A program made the position numbers and the translations under genes. From positions 9,403,164 through 9,435,243 of the forward strand of contig NC_057720.1 in the NCBI RefSeq assembly GCF_004010195.1: DNA of 32,080 nucleotides, written 5' to 3'. Numbering within the stretch: the first letter of the stretch is position 1; every line of letters starts with the position of its first letter. This document shows positions 21,690 to 32,080 of the stretch, piece by piece. The notes beneath the pieces were generated by a model, which did not search any database, was not told the origin of the DNA, and saw only the letters and a list, made by a program, of their open reading frames with translations. The DNA comes from Chiloscyllium plagiosum (taxonomy: Eukaryota).

Positions 21690-22615
21690 GCAACAGAGAA
21701 AAATTTGATCATTCAGCCCTTTGAGCCTGTTCTATCCTTCAATACGATCATGGCTGATCAGTGAACTCAGTGTCCTATTCCTATATTCTCCCCAAAATCT
21801 TTAATGATTTCTGTTCTAAGAAATGTATCTAAATATTTTTGAAAATATTCAATGCTTTGTCCTCAACCACTTTCTGTGGCAGAGAATTCCACAAGCTCCC
21901 CACTCTCTAGGTGAAGACACGTCTCCACATCACAGTCCTAAATAGCCTACCCCATATCCTTAGAATGTGACCCCTGGCTCTGGACTCCCTCATTCCTCAG
22001 GAACATCTTTCCTGCATTTCCTCGATTTGGTCCTGTTTTATAGGTTTTATAAATTATAGAATTTTATAGGTTCCTATGCCCCTCATTCTTTTAAATCCAA
22101 GTGAATGTAGTCCTAACTGATTCAGTCTTCCTTCGTCTGTCAGTCCTGCCAATCCAGAAATCAGTCTGGCAAACCTCTGTAGTACTCCCTCTATCGCTAG
22201 GACATCCTCCCTCAGATAAGGAGGCCAGAACTGCACACAATACTCCAGGAGTGATCTTAATCAAGGCCTAGTCTAACTGCAACAAGACATCCCTGTTCCT
22301 GTACTTGAACCCTCTCACTACGAAAGCCAACAGACATTTTACATTTGTCATTGCCTGTTGCACCTGCAGGCTTACTTTCAATGACTCGTGTTCGAGAACA
22401 CCCAGGTGTCCTTGCAACTTCCCTTTCCCAGTATCTGTCTTCTGGTTTTTGCTACCAAAGTGGATAATCTCACATCCACATTGTACTCCGTCTGCCCACA
22501 CTCTCAATCTGTCCAAACCACACTGACGCAGCTCTGCATCCTCCTCACAGATCACCCTTCTGCAAGATTTCTGTCATCTGCAAACTTGGAGATCTTATGC
22601 TTAGCTCCTTCATCA
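21690..22615 (-). mobile_element. CR1 ORF2 3' half and tail
   Basis: Minus strand 'KFADDR..', 'GFKYRNRDVLLQL', 'VQFWPPYLREDVLAIEGVLQRFARLI'. Confidence 0.85.
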
Positions 22616-22616
22616 A

Positions 22617-22922
22617 TTGGGTGACACAGTGGTTAGCAATACTGCCTCATAGCACCAGGAATCTGAGTTCGATTCCACCCTTGGTTGACTGACTGTGCAC
22701 ATTCTCGCTGTGTCTGTGTAGGTTTCCTCCCACAGTCCAAAGATGTGCAGGTTAGGTAGAATGGCTGTGCTAAGTTCCTCATAGTGGACAGGAATGTGCA
22801 GGCTAGGTGGGCTAGCCATGGGAAATGTAGGGTTATAGGGATGACGTGGGTCTGGGTGGAACATACTTTTGAGGGCCAGTGTGAACTCGATCAGCCTGCT
22901 TCCATACTGTAGGGATTCTATT
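22617..22922 (+). mobile_element. HE1-type SINE
   Basis: tRNA-like head 'gtggttagcaatactgcctcatagcaccagg..gagttcgattcc'. Confidence 0.85.
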
Positions 22923-23469
22923 CCCAACTTACCACCTTGCATTGTTATGTCCTGGTTAAAGATAGATTTACCTTTCCTTCAAATATCATAATGGTGCCTA
23001 TAGGATGCCAGAGCAACATTTAGGTTGAATTAAATAACTTTTTTTCAATCCAAAGTATAAATTGGATCACTAAATTGAGGTTACCAGAACAAGGGCATTG
23101 GGACTAATTAGGGCTTTCAATTAAGCTCCACAGGCAAGACATGTTAATGACAATGAAACTGATGGGTTGACAGAATGATCGGTGCTGTACGATTCAAAGA
23201 TTACATGTATGTACACAAAAAAGGTGCCATATGTATCAAGCTTTTGCAATTAAGCATTTTGTTTGATTCAACAAACTCTAGTATTTTCTAAGCAAAAGAA
23301 AAATGCAGAGGGATATTGTACAACTGCATTAAACCACACATTTGGAATACCATGGCAAAGTAATGGGATTAAAATTAGAAGCATATATAATGTTACATTT
23401 ATATGATCAAATGGAGCAAGTTGGAATTGAACAGAAGCTCTATGCTCATACAAGGTGTATTTGGAATAG

Positions 23470-23775
23470 GTTGTAGGAGACTCGAGGACCATAGGGCATA
23501 ATCTCAGGATAAGGGGCCTCACAGTTAAGAGAGAGATCAGGAGGAATTTCTTCCTTCAGAGTGTAATGAATCTATGGAAGTCTTTACTGCAGAGGGCTGT
23601 TGCAGCTAGGTCAATACAAAGGAAGACCAATTTCTAATCTGTAAAAGAATCAAGGATTGTGTGGAAAAGGCAGGAAAGTGGAGCTGAGGATGATCAGATC
23701 AACCAATATTTCATTGAATAGAAGAGCAGACTCAATGGGCTGAATGGTCTACTTCATCTCTTATAGTCTTATGGT
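23470..23775 (+). mobile_element. CR1 3' fragment
   Basis: 'gggcataatctcaggataagggg..aggaggaatttcttc' plus tail. Confidence 0.75.
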
Positions 23776-24075
23776 TTTGTGGATGAGGATGAGTATACAG
23801 CAGTAATGAGTTCTTGCAGAATGTTCCCAGGGCTCCAGCAGCATTAGAATGGGAGAAATAAATATAGTTAGATCTCAACCATGGCAAAATACTAAATCAT
23901 GCAAACTATTTACTGACATTGGCATGAAGGCAGGCTGGGTTTCTACTGTGCTGTCACTCTAATCATGGACTTAGCTGCTCAACAACTTTATCAGCAGAGT
24001 TGTTATGTGCTTCCCAGTCATCGAGAAAGTCCAACGGCTGGTGAGAGGGTTGACCAGGGAGACCGCAATAAGCCT

Positions 24076-24121
24076 AGGATGCTGCCTGACCTGCTGCGCT
24101 TTTCCAGCAACACATTTTCAG
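24076..24121 (+). mobile_element. Short family-A PLE fragment
   Basis: 'ggatgctgcctgacctgctgcgctt(t)tccagcaacacattttcag' is near-identical to 14415-14459. Confidence 0.7.
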
Positions 24122-24710
24122 ATTGCATTAAGGGTAATGTTGGTAACCTTTCAGGTGACCTCAAAATGGACTGAGTGAGTGACATCTTTGAAGCTAAACA
24201 CGTCATTCCCAAAGAGATTAGGTTGATTTTTTTTTTATTGCCAACACTTGCAGCTTGTATCTAGCACTTTGCAAACAATTGCTGGATTTAATCCTCTGCT
24301 CACTATGATAAGTTGCTATTGTTAGCTTTGTAAATACTCTGTCTTTTTTCGTGTTTTTTGAAATTGTGGACTGAAACAAGACATAACTATATTAAAACTT
24401 CAAGATTTTCTAGGATTGTATACATGTGAAGCTGGTTGGCTTGTGAATTAGTGGTCAGTTATCAGTTGCAAAGATCCTTTGACTGACAACAACGATGTGA
24501 TTGGTTGTAGGTAGCTGCAAACCCTGGGCTGTGAATAAGAAAGAGAGAAGTTCTGTTGGACCGAAAGAGAAAGCAGCTAGTCCGCACCAGACAGAAGACA
24601 AGCCTGAGGAAAGCCAGCTTATATTCCTTTAGTAGATGCTGCAGGTTGTGATCTTGAGTTGGATAAGTCAGAGACATTTCAAAAGTGAGCCAGCCATCAT
24701 GTGTCTCTTA

Positions 24711-24838
24711 GGTAAAAACAATGACTGCAGATTCTGGAAACCAGATTCTGGATTAGTGGTGCTGGAAGAGCACAGCAGTTCAGGCAGCATCCAAGGAGCA
24801 GTGAAATCGACGTTTCGGGCAAAAGCCCTGCATCAGGA
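24711..24838 (-). mobile_element. Family-A PLE 3'-end monomer with hammerhead motif
   Basis: Reverse complement begins 'tcctgatgcagggcttttgcccgaaacgtcgatt'; shares its terminus with 9810-9866. Confidence 0.85.
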
Positions 24839-25040
24839 GGCAAACCAGTGGGAACAAAAATGTTTCTGGAAAAAAGGAGGTTGAGGAGAAACCTTCAAAT
24901 CTGCAAGAACCAACCCAACAGATCTTGTGAATAAGTTTATGGAACTGTTTTGCCAGTTTTCCAATATTTATCTTTCCCTATTTATAGTTATTGGTGTGTA
25001 TGTGTAAGGAGTTGTGTATAAGCAGTATAGAGTTCTTATT

Positions 25041-25250
25041 TGGAGATGCTGGTGTTGGACTGTTGTGTACAAAGTTAAAAATCACACAACACCAGGTTAT
25101 AGTCCAACAGGTTTAATTGGAAGCACATTAGCTTTCGGAGCGACGCTTCTTCATCTACTATCACCTGACGAAGGAGCGTCGCTCCGAAAGCCAGTGTGCT
25201 TCCAATTAAACCTGTTGGACTATAACCTGGTGTTGTGTAATTTTTAACTG
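25041..25250. mobile_element. Palindromic PLE-derived element (family B), 83-bp arms, degenerate 17-bp TSD
   Basis: Arms 25073-25155 and 25167-25249 differ at 5 positions by hand alignment; TSD agtatagagttcttatt (25024-25040) and agtttagagttttaatt (25251-25267). Confidence 0.85.
25162..25196 (+). ncRNA. Minimal hammerhead motif (family B); core U mutated in this arm
   Basis: CAC-CTGACGA-A-GGAGC(GTC)GCTCC-GAAAG-CCA-GTG; the opposite arm reads GAAAG-CTA, giving the AGCT palindrome. Confidence 0.7.
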
Positions 25251-26489
25251 AGTTTAGAGTTTTAATTCGTCATCTAATTAAATATGTCTAATCATTTACC
25301 TGCATCTAGAATCTAATTACCAGTCACGAATATTCTTGTTCAGTGCAGAAATGTGGTCCATACTTTGGTTATCCTAAGTCTGAAAAGCTGATAGTTTGGG
25401 ATATTGTGCATTTCTTTTAACACATTGAACTTCTGTATCAATTCTGGGAACAGAGATGCTTAATCTCCAGTGCCTTACCCAATGAGTCATAACATTTTAA
25501 ATTCTCATTGAGTTCTTGACTGCCTTCATGCTTGTTCTTGCTGTCATCATTTGAAATAAAAGCAGAACATGCTGGAAATACTCGGCATGCACAGCAACAT
25601 CTGCTCAGAGAGACATGACACATATGTCTGATTAAATGTCTTCTTCTTTAATAGCCCAAAGGTAGCCTGACCCCTCAGTGTCATGATCTCCACCACAACG
25701 AGAGAAAAGAAGAAAGTCCCAAATCTACCCCAATCTGAACAGGGTTCAAAGCCCATGATGTTGGTGTCTGAGTCAAAATTCCCCCTTACCCCAGTTGAGG
25801 TATCAGATTTTTTGGGGCAACATGCATGTTGGAACATTGGGAAGTCTCTATACTTTATTTTTAAGCTGCTGAATGATATTTTCTCTAATTTATTTCCATC
25901 ACGTGCCTGACCAGGAATCTCTCCCACTCTTACTGCCTGCCATTGGAAGGATTTACAAATTGATAAGCGACCTGATTGTTTGTATTAAGAACACACCTTC
26001 CTTGGCCATCAACTCTCTTGAACACAGAGCTCTGGCTCAGAGATAGGGACATTGTATCATACGATTTCCTCATTGGCTCTACATCTTTTGCTCCGAAGTT
26101 AACGCCACTGCTGTGTTTTTTTCTATCGGTTTCTGTTTTTCATCACTACAGCAGATTATTAGCAACATAGAGTTGTGCGTTCATAATACCTCACTAAAAA
26201 GGTGTGATATTTAATTCAATTGATCTGTTCATTAGTGGTGTAGGTGGCATGGTGAGGGAAATGACTATAAATTGGCAGATTATTGTGAAAACCTAATAAA
26301 TATTTCAATAGTTTCAGCAAATGCTTGAAAAGGCATAATTTACATTTGGGAGCATGGGCAGTCGACTAATTATATGGCTCTAAGTGGCAGCAGACAGTTG
26401 AAGGGCCAGAACAGCTGGTTCTATTCTGTGTTATCTTATCCTATTCTATCTGACTCCTGTTGACTCTGGTACCACAGTATAAACAAGGA

Positions 26490-27060
26490 TCGAAAGTAGG
26501 CTGCTTTGCCAATCAATAAGATCATGACTAATCTGATTTTAACCTCAAATCCACATTCCTGCATTCATTCATTCATCCCCTTGGTCGTCAAGAACCTCCC
26601 CATTTCTGTCTGAAAATAAATAAATAATCTGTATCCATTGGAAGGGAAGTCTTTTAGATTAGATTACATTGCAGTGTGGAAACAGGCCCTTCGGCCCAAC
26701 AAGTCCACACCAACCTGCCGAAGAGCAACCCACCCATACCACTACATTTACCCCTTACCTAACACTACAGGCAATTTTAGCATGGCCAATTCACCTGACC
26801 TGCACATCTTTGGACTGTGGGAGGAAACCGGAGCACACCCACGCAGACACGGGGAGAATGTGCAAACTCCACACAGTCAGTCGCCTGAGGCAGGAATTGA
26901 ACCCGGGTCTCAGACGCTGTGAGGCAACAGTGCTAACCACCGTGCCACCGTGCCGCCCACCAAGTTCTTAAAACTCACAACCCTCTGAGAGAAGAATGTT
27001 TCCTCATTTCTAAATGATTGCCTTTCATTTTTTAATCTATGTCTTTGATATGCAATGTCC
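26490..27060 (-). mobile_element. Degenerate CR1 tail split by an HE1 SINE
   Basis: 'aataagatcatgactaatctgatttt..' on the left; 'FFSQRVVS' on minus at 26965-27020. Confidence 0.6.
26655..26958 (-). mobile_element. HE1-type SINE (well preserved)
   Basis: Complete head, body and tail in reverse complement. Confidence 0.92.
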
Positions 27061-27089
27061 TCTTCTAAATGGCCCAACAAACCATTCAG

Positions 27090-27365
27090 ATGGCACGGTG
27101 GCTCAGTGGTTCGCACTGCTGCCTCACTGCGCCAAGGACCCGGGTTCGATTCCAGCTTCAGGCGACTTTGCACATTGTGTGGAGTTTGCACATTGTCTGT
27201 GTGGGTTTCTTCCCACAATCCAACAATGTGCAGGTTAGGTGGATTGGCCACGCTAAATTGCCCACAGTGTTCAGGGTTGTGTAGGTTAGGTGCATTAGTC
27301 AGGCGTAATTATGGGGGAATGGGTTGGTGTGGACTTGTTGGGCCAACACTGTAGGGATTCTATAA
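27090..27365 (+). mobile_element. HE1-type SINE
   Basis: A box 'tggctcagtgg' and B box 'ggttcgattcc'. Confidence 0.9.
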
Positions 27366-27511
27366 GGTACTTTAAAATAAAGTACAGATTGGTTGAGGTG
27401 ACCCAGTACCTAATCCAGGCATCTACAGATGGGCACAAATTAATGTTCATCACCAAGAGACTCATGACTTGTGAATGAGTAACCTTACAGGGGGATGGAT
27501 CGGAAGTGAAC

Positions 27512-27690
27512 GCAAAAAATGCTGGAGATCACAGCAGGTCAGGCAGCATCAACGGAGAGAAAGCAAGCTAACGTATTGGGACTTGAAACACTAGCTTGCT
27601 CTCTCTGTGTGGATGCTGCCTGAACCATTATGATCGCCAGTGTTTTTTGTTTTCAGTTCAGATTCCAGCATCTGCAGAAATTTGCTCCTA
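27512..27690. mobile_element. Palindromic PLE-derived element (family D, degenerate)
   Basis: Arms 'tcaggcagcatcaacggagagaaagcaagcta' and 'tagcttgctctctctgtgtggatgctgcctga'; the right arm has the extra tail 'ccagcatctgcag'. Confidence 0.7.
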
Positions 27691-28744
27691 CAGTGGGTTG
27701 GAAGTCTTTGTTATCATCGTTTTGTTGCTGGGTACAGTTGCAGATTTGAGCAAGTTTTTCCTATTACTAATGACAGATCCTGAATCAACCTGAACCTGGC
27801 AGACAACTTGCAGTTTATGGGACAGATGGGCAATATTAGATCATTTCTAGCAACCAGTCTGTCAAACTGATCAGAGTGAAGTAGACACCAGAGTGTTGGA
27901 TGTAACAAATGAACCTATGCAGAATTGATTCAGTATAGGTGCTTGTTTGTATGCCTGGTCCCAGATGTATCATAAATTCTACAGAAACAGTGAAATGTTG
28001 AATGTCAAGCGCTGGATTAGTCCTGAATAGGCTGTTGTGCTATTTTCTTTGCAGAGGTGTTAAACATGAATTATAATAAAATACAGCAATAACTCAGGCA
28101 ATAGAGTTTCAGAATTCATACAAACATATTGTGCTCGATCTGATAAATTTGTTTAATATTTACCCAATTAAGACAGATTATTTTGTGCACTGGGTTGACA
28201 GGATTTCATTGCTTATAGAGATAAAGATTATGAAGATGGATGCTGTGATGCATACTGTTGCATTAAAGTTGAACTAGTCTGTTTTGCAGTGTATTTCATT
28301 TCGTTTATCTGAACATGTTTTCAATTATACGATTGCTGCATTAATGTTAAGACAGATAAGCATTCGGTTGTGTGTATTTAATTCACAGTTCCAATACTTA
28401 AAATCAGAGGTTTAAATCACCATCTAATTGCTGCTCTTTCAGAATGAAGGAGGCTTTTCAGGGATTCTATCAGAAAGAACGTCTTCAGGCAAAAACAATG
28501 GGAAATCTGGAATTCTCTTTGCAAAGGAGGGGATCAGTTGAAAATGCCAAGATTGAGTTACAATCGATGGTTGCTAGGCTGAAATATGAATGGATATAGC
28601 GCCAAGGTAGACCATTCTTCCTACTGTCAGAAATGGCCGACTTATGCATAAGTTAGTCTCCCCACGACTTCACGATGTTGAAATTAATTCTCAATACCGT
28701 CTGCTACACTAATTAACATTCTGGGAAAATATGACTAAGGAGTG

Positions 28745-28852
28745 TGCACTCTCATCTCTGAGTCAAAAGCTTGCAATTCAAGTCTCACTCCAGAGATTTC
28801 ACAACAGAATCCAGCCCAACACGCCAGTCTGATTGCTGCTTTGTCAGGGGTG
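28745..28852 (+). mobile_element. Old tRNA-derived SINE head (DeuSINE/SacSINE1-like)
   Basis: 'ctctgagtcaaaagcttgcaattcaagtctcactccagaga'; similar remnant at ~19965-20010; recognised from memory only. Confidence 0.45.
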
Positions 28853-29070
28853 TCATAGAATCACTACAGTATGGGAGCAGGCCATTCAGCCCATCAAGTC
28901 CACGCCAACCCTCTGAATGGCATCCCACCCAGACCTACCCCATCCCTGTAACCCTGCATTGCCCATAGCTAGAGGAAACCGGAGCACCCAGAGGAAACCT
29001 ACGCAGACACGGGGAGAATGTGCAAACTCCACACAGACAGTTGCCCGAGGCTGGACTTGAACCTGGGTCC
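28853..29070 (-). mobile_element. HE1-type SINE (internally deleted)
   Basis: 'gaggaaaccggagcacccagaggaaacctacgcagacacggggagaatgtgcaaactccacacag'. Confidence 0.85.
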
Positions 29071-29199
29071 ATGCTAGTCCAAGACCAGCATTTGATGCCA
29101 GTCCCTTAATTCTTTTCTCTCTTACATTTGATGCCCATCCCTTATTGTTGGTAATGAGCTGCCTTCTGAAAGTGCAGCAGTCTGTTGCTTGATTAACAC

Positions 29200-29460
29200 C
29201 ATATCCACAAACATCCACTCCTTCCACCACCTCAGTAGCAGTCATGTGCACCATCTACGTGATTAATTGCTGAAATTCACCAAAGTCTCTTAGGTAGCAC
29301 CTTCCACACACACAGCCACTTCCATCTAGAAGGACAGGACAGCAGATACATGGGAACGCCACTAGCTGCAAGTTCCCCTCCAGGCCACACGCTATCCTGA
29401 CTTGGAAATATATTGCTGCTTCTTCACCGTTGCAATGCCAAAATCCCTTCCCAATAGCAC
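29200..29460 (+). mobile_element. L2/CR1-superfamily LINE 3' fragment
   Basis: Colinear with 15830-16095. Confidence 0.8.
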
Positions 29461-29871
29461 TGAACAGGCTGGGGCTGTTTTCCCTGGAACGTCGGAAGCT
29501 GAGGGGTGACCTTATAGAGGTTTGTAAATGATGGGTGGTATGGATAGGATAAACAGACAAAGTCTTTTCCTTGGGGTGGGGGAGTCCAGAACTAGAGGGC
29601 ATAGGTTTAGGGTGAGAGGGGAAAAATATAAAAGGGACCTCAGGGGCAACGTGTGGTACGTGTATGGAATGAGCTGCCAGAGTAAGTGGTGGAGGCTGGT
29701 CCAATTATAGGCATTTAAAAAGCATCTGGATGGGTATCTCATTAGGAAGGGATAAGTGGGATATGGGCCAAGTGCTGGTAAATGGGACTAGATTAGGTTA
29801 GCATGTCTGGTTGGAATGGACGAGTTGGACCGAAGGGTCTGTTTCCCGTGTTGTATAATTCTATGACTCTA
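29461..29871 (+). mobile_element. CR1 LINE 3' fragment
   Basis: 'NRLGLFSLERRKLRGDLIEV..SRTRGHRFRVRGEKYKRDLRGN' plus tail 'ctatgactcta'. Confidence 0.9.
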
Positions 29872-30025
29872 AGATGCCTCAGTGCTACCCTGTCATGTAC
29901 AATTTGGAATGGACAACCAACATTAGCCGTGCCAATAGCCCTAACATAAGATGAAAGCACAAAATAAGATGCCTTATGACTTTTCAAAGTAAAGTCGTGG
30001 ACTTCCTCTCAGTGCCCTATGTAAC

Positions 30026-30335
30026 GGGGCAGCACGGTGGCTCACTGGTTAGCACTGCTGTCTCACAGCACCAGGGTCCCCGGTTCGGTTCCAGCCTTGG
30101 GTGACTGTCTGTGTGGAGTTTGCACATTGTCTGCGTGGGTTTCCTTCGGGTGCTCCCGTTTCCTCCCACAGTCCTAAGATGTGCAGGTCAGGTGAATTGG
30201 CCATGCTAAAGTGCCCATAGTGTTAGGTGCATTAGTCAGAGGGAAATGGGTCTGGGTGGGTTACTTTTTGGAGGGTCTGTGTGGACTTGATTGTCCGAAG
30301 GTCCTGTTTCCACACTGTAGGTAATCTAATCTAAT
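30026..30335 (+). mobile_element. Full-length HE1-type SINE
   Basis: tRNA-like head, central body, CR1-like 3' end and (atcta)n tail. Confidence 0.92.
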
Positions 30336-30499
30336 ATTTATCCCTGAACCCGTCCCATAAAACTAATAATATGGTCATATATTCTTTGCAATCAGTGGGC
30401 ACTTTCTGTACATATATTGGGTTCACATATCAAAACATATTAAAAACACCACAATAATTAATCAGTAAAGCAGCTTACCTTATGGAAAATTGTTGGACA

Positions 30500-30910
30500 G
30501 GTTTGTTCTTTATCCATTGCAATCTAGAAGAAGGAAAGATTATGTTATTGATGTATGGAATATCTGAGAGAACTGGTAATGGGGGGATGTGGAAAGAACA
30601 CTTCCCCTTGTGGGAGGGATTGGAAGTAAAGGACCTTGATTAAAATATTACATTTATGACCAAGATGAGAAGAATGTTTTTGGTCTGTCCGAAGATCATG
30701 AGTGTTTGGAACTATCTCCTTCAAATAACATTGGAGGCTCTGTCACTGAAAATGTTTACGGCAAAGTTAAGCAAAGTTTAGCTAACCAAAGAGTCAAAGA
30801 TTATTGGGGATTGTGGACTGAAGGTCACAATCAGATTAGCCACGTTCGCATTGAATGATGGAGCTGGCTTGGAGGGACTGAATGGCCTATTCCTGTTCCT
30901 AAGCATATGC
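30500..30910 (+). mobile_element. Old degenerate CR1 3' fragment
   Basis: Tail 'attgaatgatggagctggcttggagggactgaatggcctattcctgttcct'. Confidence 0.65.
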
Positions 30911-31723
30911 TCAGATATATATTGTTGTACTTTAGTGTTGTAGAAAATCCTAATGTCAAGTTTGGCACTACCTAAATGTACATTTTTTCACTTCCTTACC
31001 TTTTAAGAACCTCAGCACTACCTTTGTCTGACCCAGGCTCATTCCGGGACTATCTGCTCCTCCAATTATTTCAGCTTTGATGCCACCTGATTATAAGGCA
31101 ATTGGCCCTTTAGCCAAGTCAGTTTTAAATAAGAATCAAAGGCCGTAAAAGGTCAGAGCTTCACTGAACACTGTCCAGGTTGGAGAAAAATAAATGGAAG
31201 TCGGTGTATTCACTTGCCAAATGCCAAAGATTGACTGACGATGCTTTAATTGTGAAATTGGGAGTGTGCAAAGCAAGAGAACAGATCTCTCTTAACAATT
31301 CTCCAACAGATGCTCCCATTGAAGAAACTAGAAGCATATGGGACTGTAGTTATTGCAGGATGATAAAGGATAAGGTCCTTCCAAAGTTCACTATCTACTA
31401 TCCTAGCAGCAGCATGGTAATGATATTGGGATCGCTGACTAATTAACACAATCAATCTTGATCAATTAGTGCTCAACCGACTGAGGGATGATAAAGGAAA
31501 CACCCAATGATGGGGAGCTGGATCCAATATCACCTATTCCTCCCAAACGCACAATATTTAGCACATGCCATCTATCAGAGCATTCTAGTCCTGCGTGACA
31601 AAATGCTGCTTTCTTAAACAAACGTAGTTGATTTACATTTGAATGAAAATGTGCTAAATACTTCCATCATCTTAACATCAAAACATATTAAATCGGAGCA
31701 GGAGTAGGCCATTCAGCCCTTCT

Positions 31724-32080
31724 TGGAGAAAGTGAGAATGCAGATGCTGGAGATCCGAGCTGAAAATGTGTTGCTGGAAAAGCGCAGCAGGTCAGGCAGC
31801 ATCCAAGGAGCAGGAGAATTGACGTTTCAGGCATGAGCCCTTCTTCAGGAATGAGGAAGGTGTGCCAAGCAGGCTAAAATAAAAGGTAGGGAGGAGGGAC
31901 TTGGGGAAGGGGCGTTGGAAATGCGATAGGTGGAAGGAGGTCAAGGTGAGGGCGATAAGCCAGAGTGGGGGTGGGGGCAGAGAGGTCAGGAAGAAGTTTG
32001 CAGATTAGGAAGGTGGTGCTGAGTTCGAGGGTTGGGACTGAAACAAGGTGGGGGGAGGGGAAATGAGGAAACTGGAGAAA
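31724..32080 (-). mobile_element. Neptune-like PLE 3' end with near-intact hammerhead; continues beyond the window
   Basis: Reverse complement is colinear with 5860-5990 and 14364-14495; motif ctgaaga-a-gggc(tcat)gcct-gaaac-gtc at ~31821-31848. Confidence 0.9.

Noticed and set aside
25073..25249. Palindromes as DNA-transposon MITEs or miRNA hairpins
   Set aside because: Long variable TSDs, asymmetric ends and hammerhead cores fit PLE retrotransposition; family-A arms match PLE 3' ends in this window.
27090..27165. tRNA genes at SINE heads (also 30026, 22617)
   Set aside because: A/B boxes run straight into the SINE body, so these are tRNA-derived heads.
70..31455. The supplied short ORFs as host genes
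   Set aside because: Nearly all lie in SINE, CR1, LINE or PLE copies or their antisense; none resembles a host protein I recognise.
31437..31470. Small inverted repeat actaatt/aattagt
   Set aside because: 7-bp arms in AT-rich DNA are expected by chance.

Overview
Repeat-dense, intronic or intergenic-looking vertebrate DNA, almost certainly from an elasmobranch (shark). The window has about 14 HE1-type tRNA-derived SINEs, about 20 CR1 LINE fragments, L2/CR1-superfamily LINE tails, older SINE remnants and two assembly gaps. I found no confident host protein-coding exon; nearly all listed ORFs are decayed retroelement frames or noise. The main signal is Penelope-like retroelements (PLEs): a Poseidon-like RT+GIY-YIG copy, Neptune-like RT and zinc-knuckle/GIY-YIG fragments, and many short non-coding PLE 3'-end copies with minimal hammerhead-ribozyme motifs from at least four sequence families. 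Seven short copies are asymmetric head-to-head palindromes, four with 10-17 bp target-site duplications (TSDs). Also present: a three-tier nested insertion, a 37-bp inverted copy of nearby DNA replacing part of a hammerhead, and a ~388-bp tandem duplication next to a gap. Family names are from recognition, not database searches, and repeat boundaries are approximate unless a TSD is cited.
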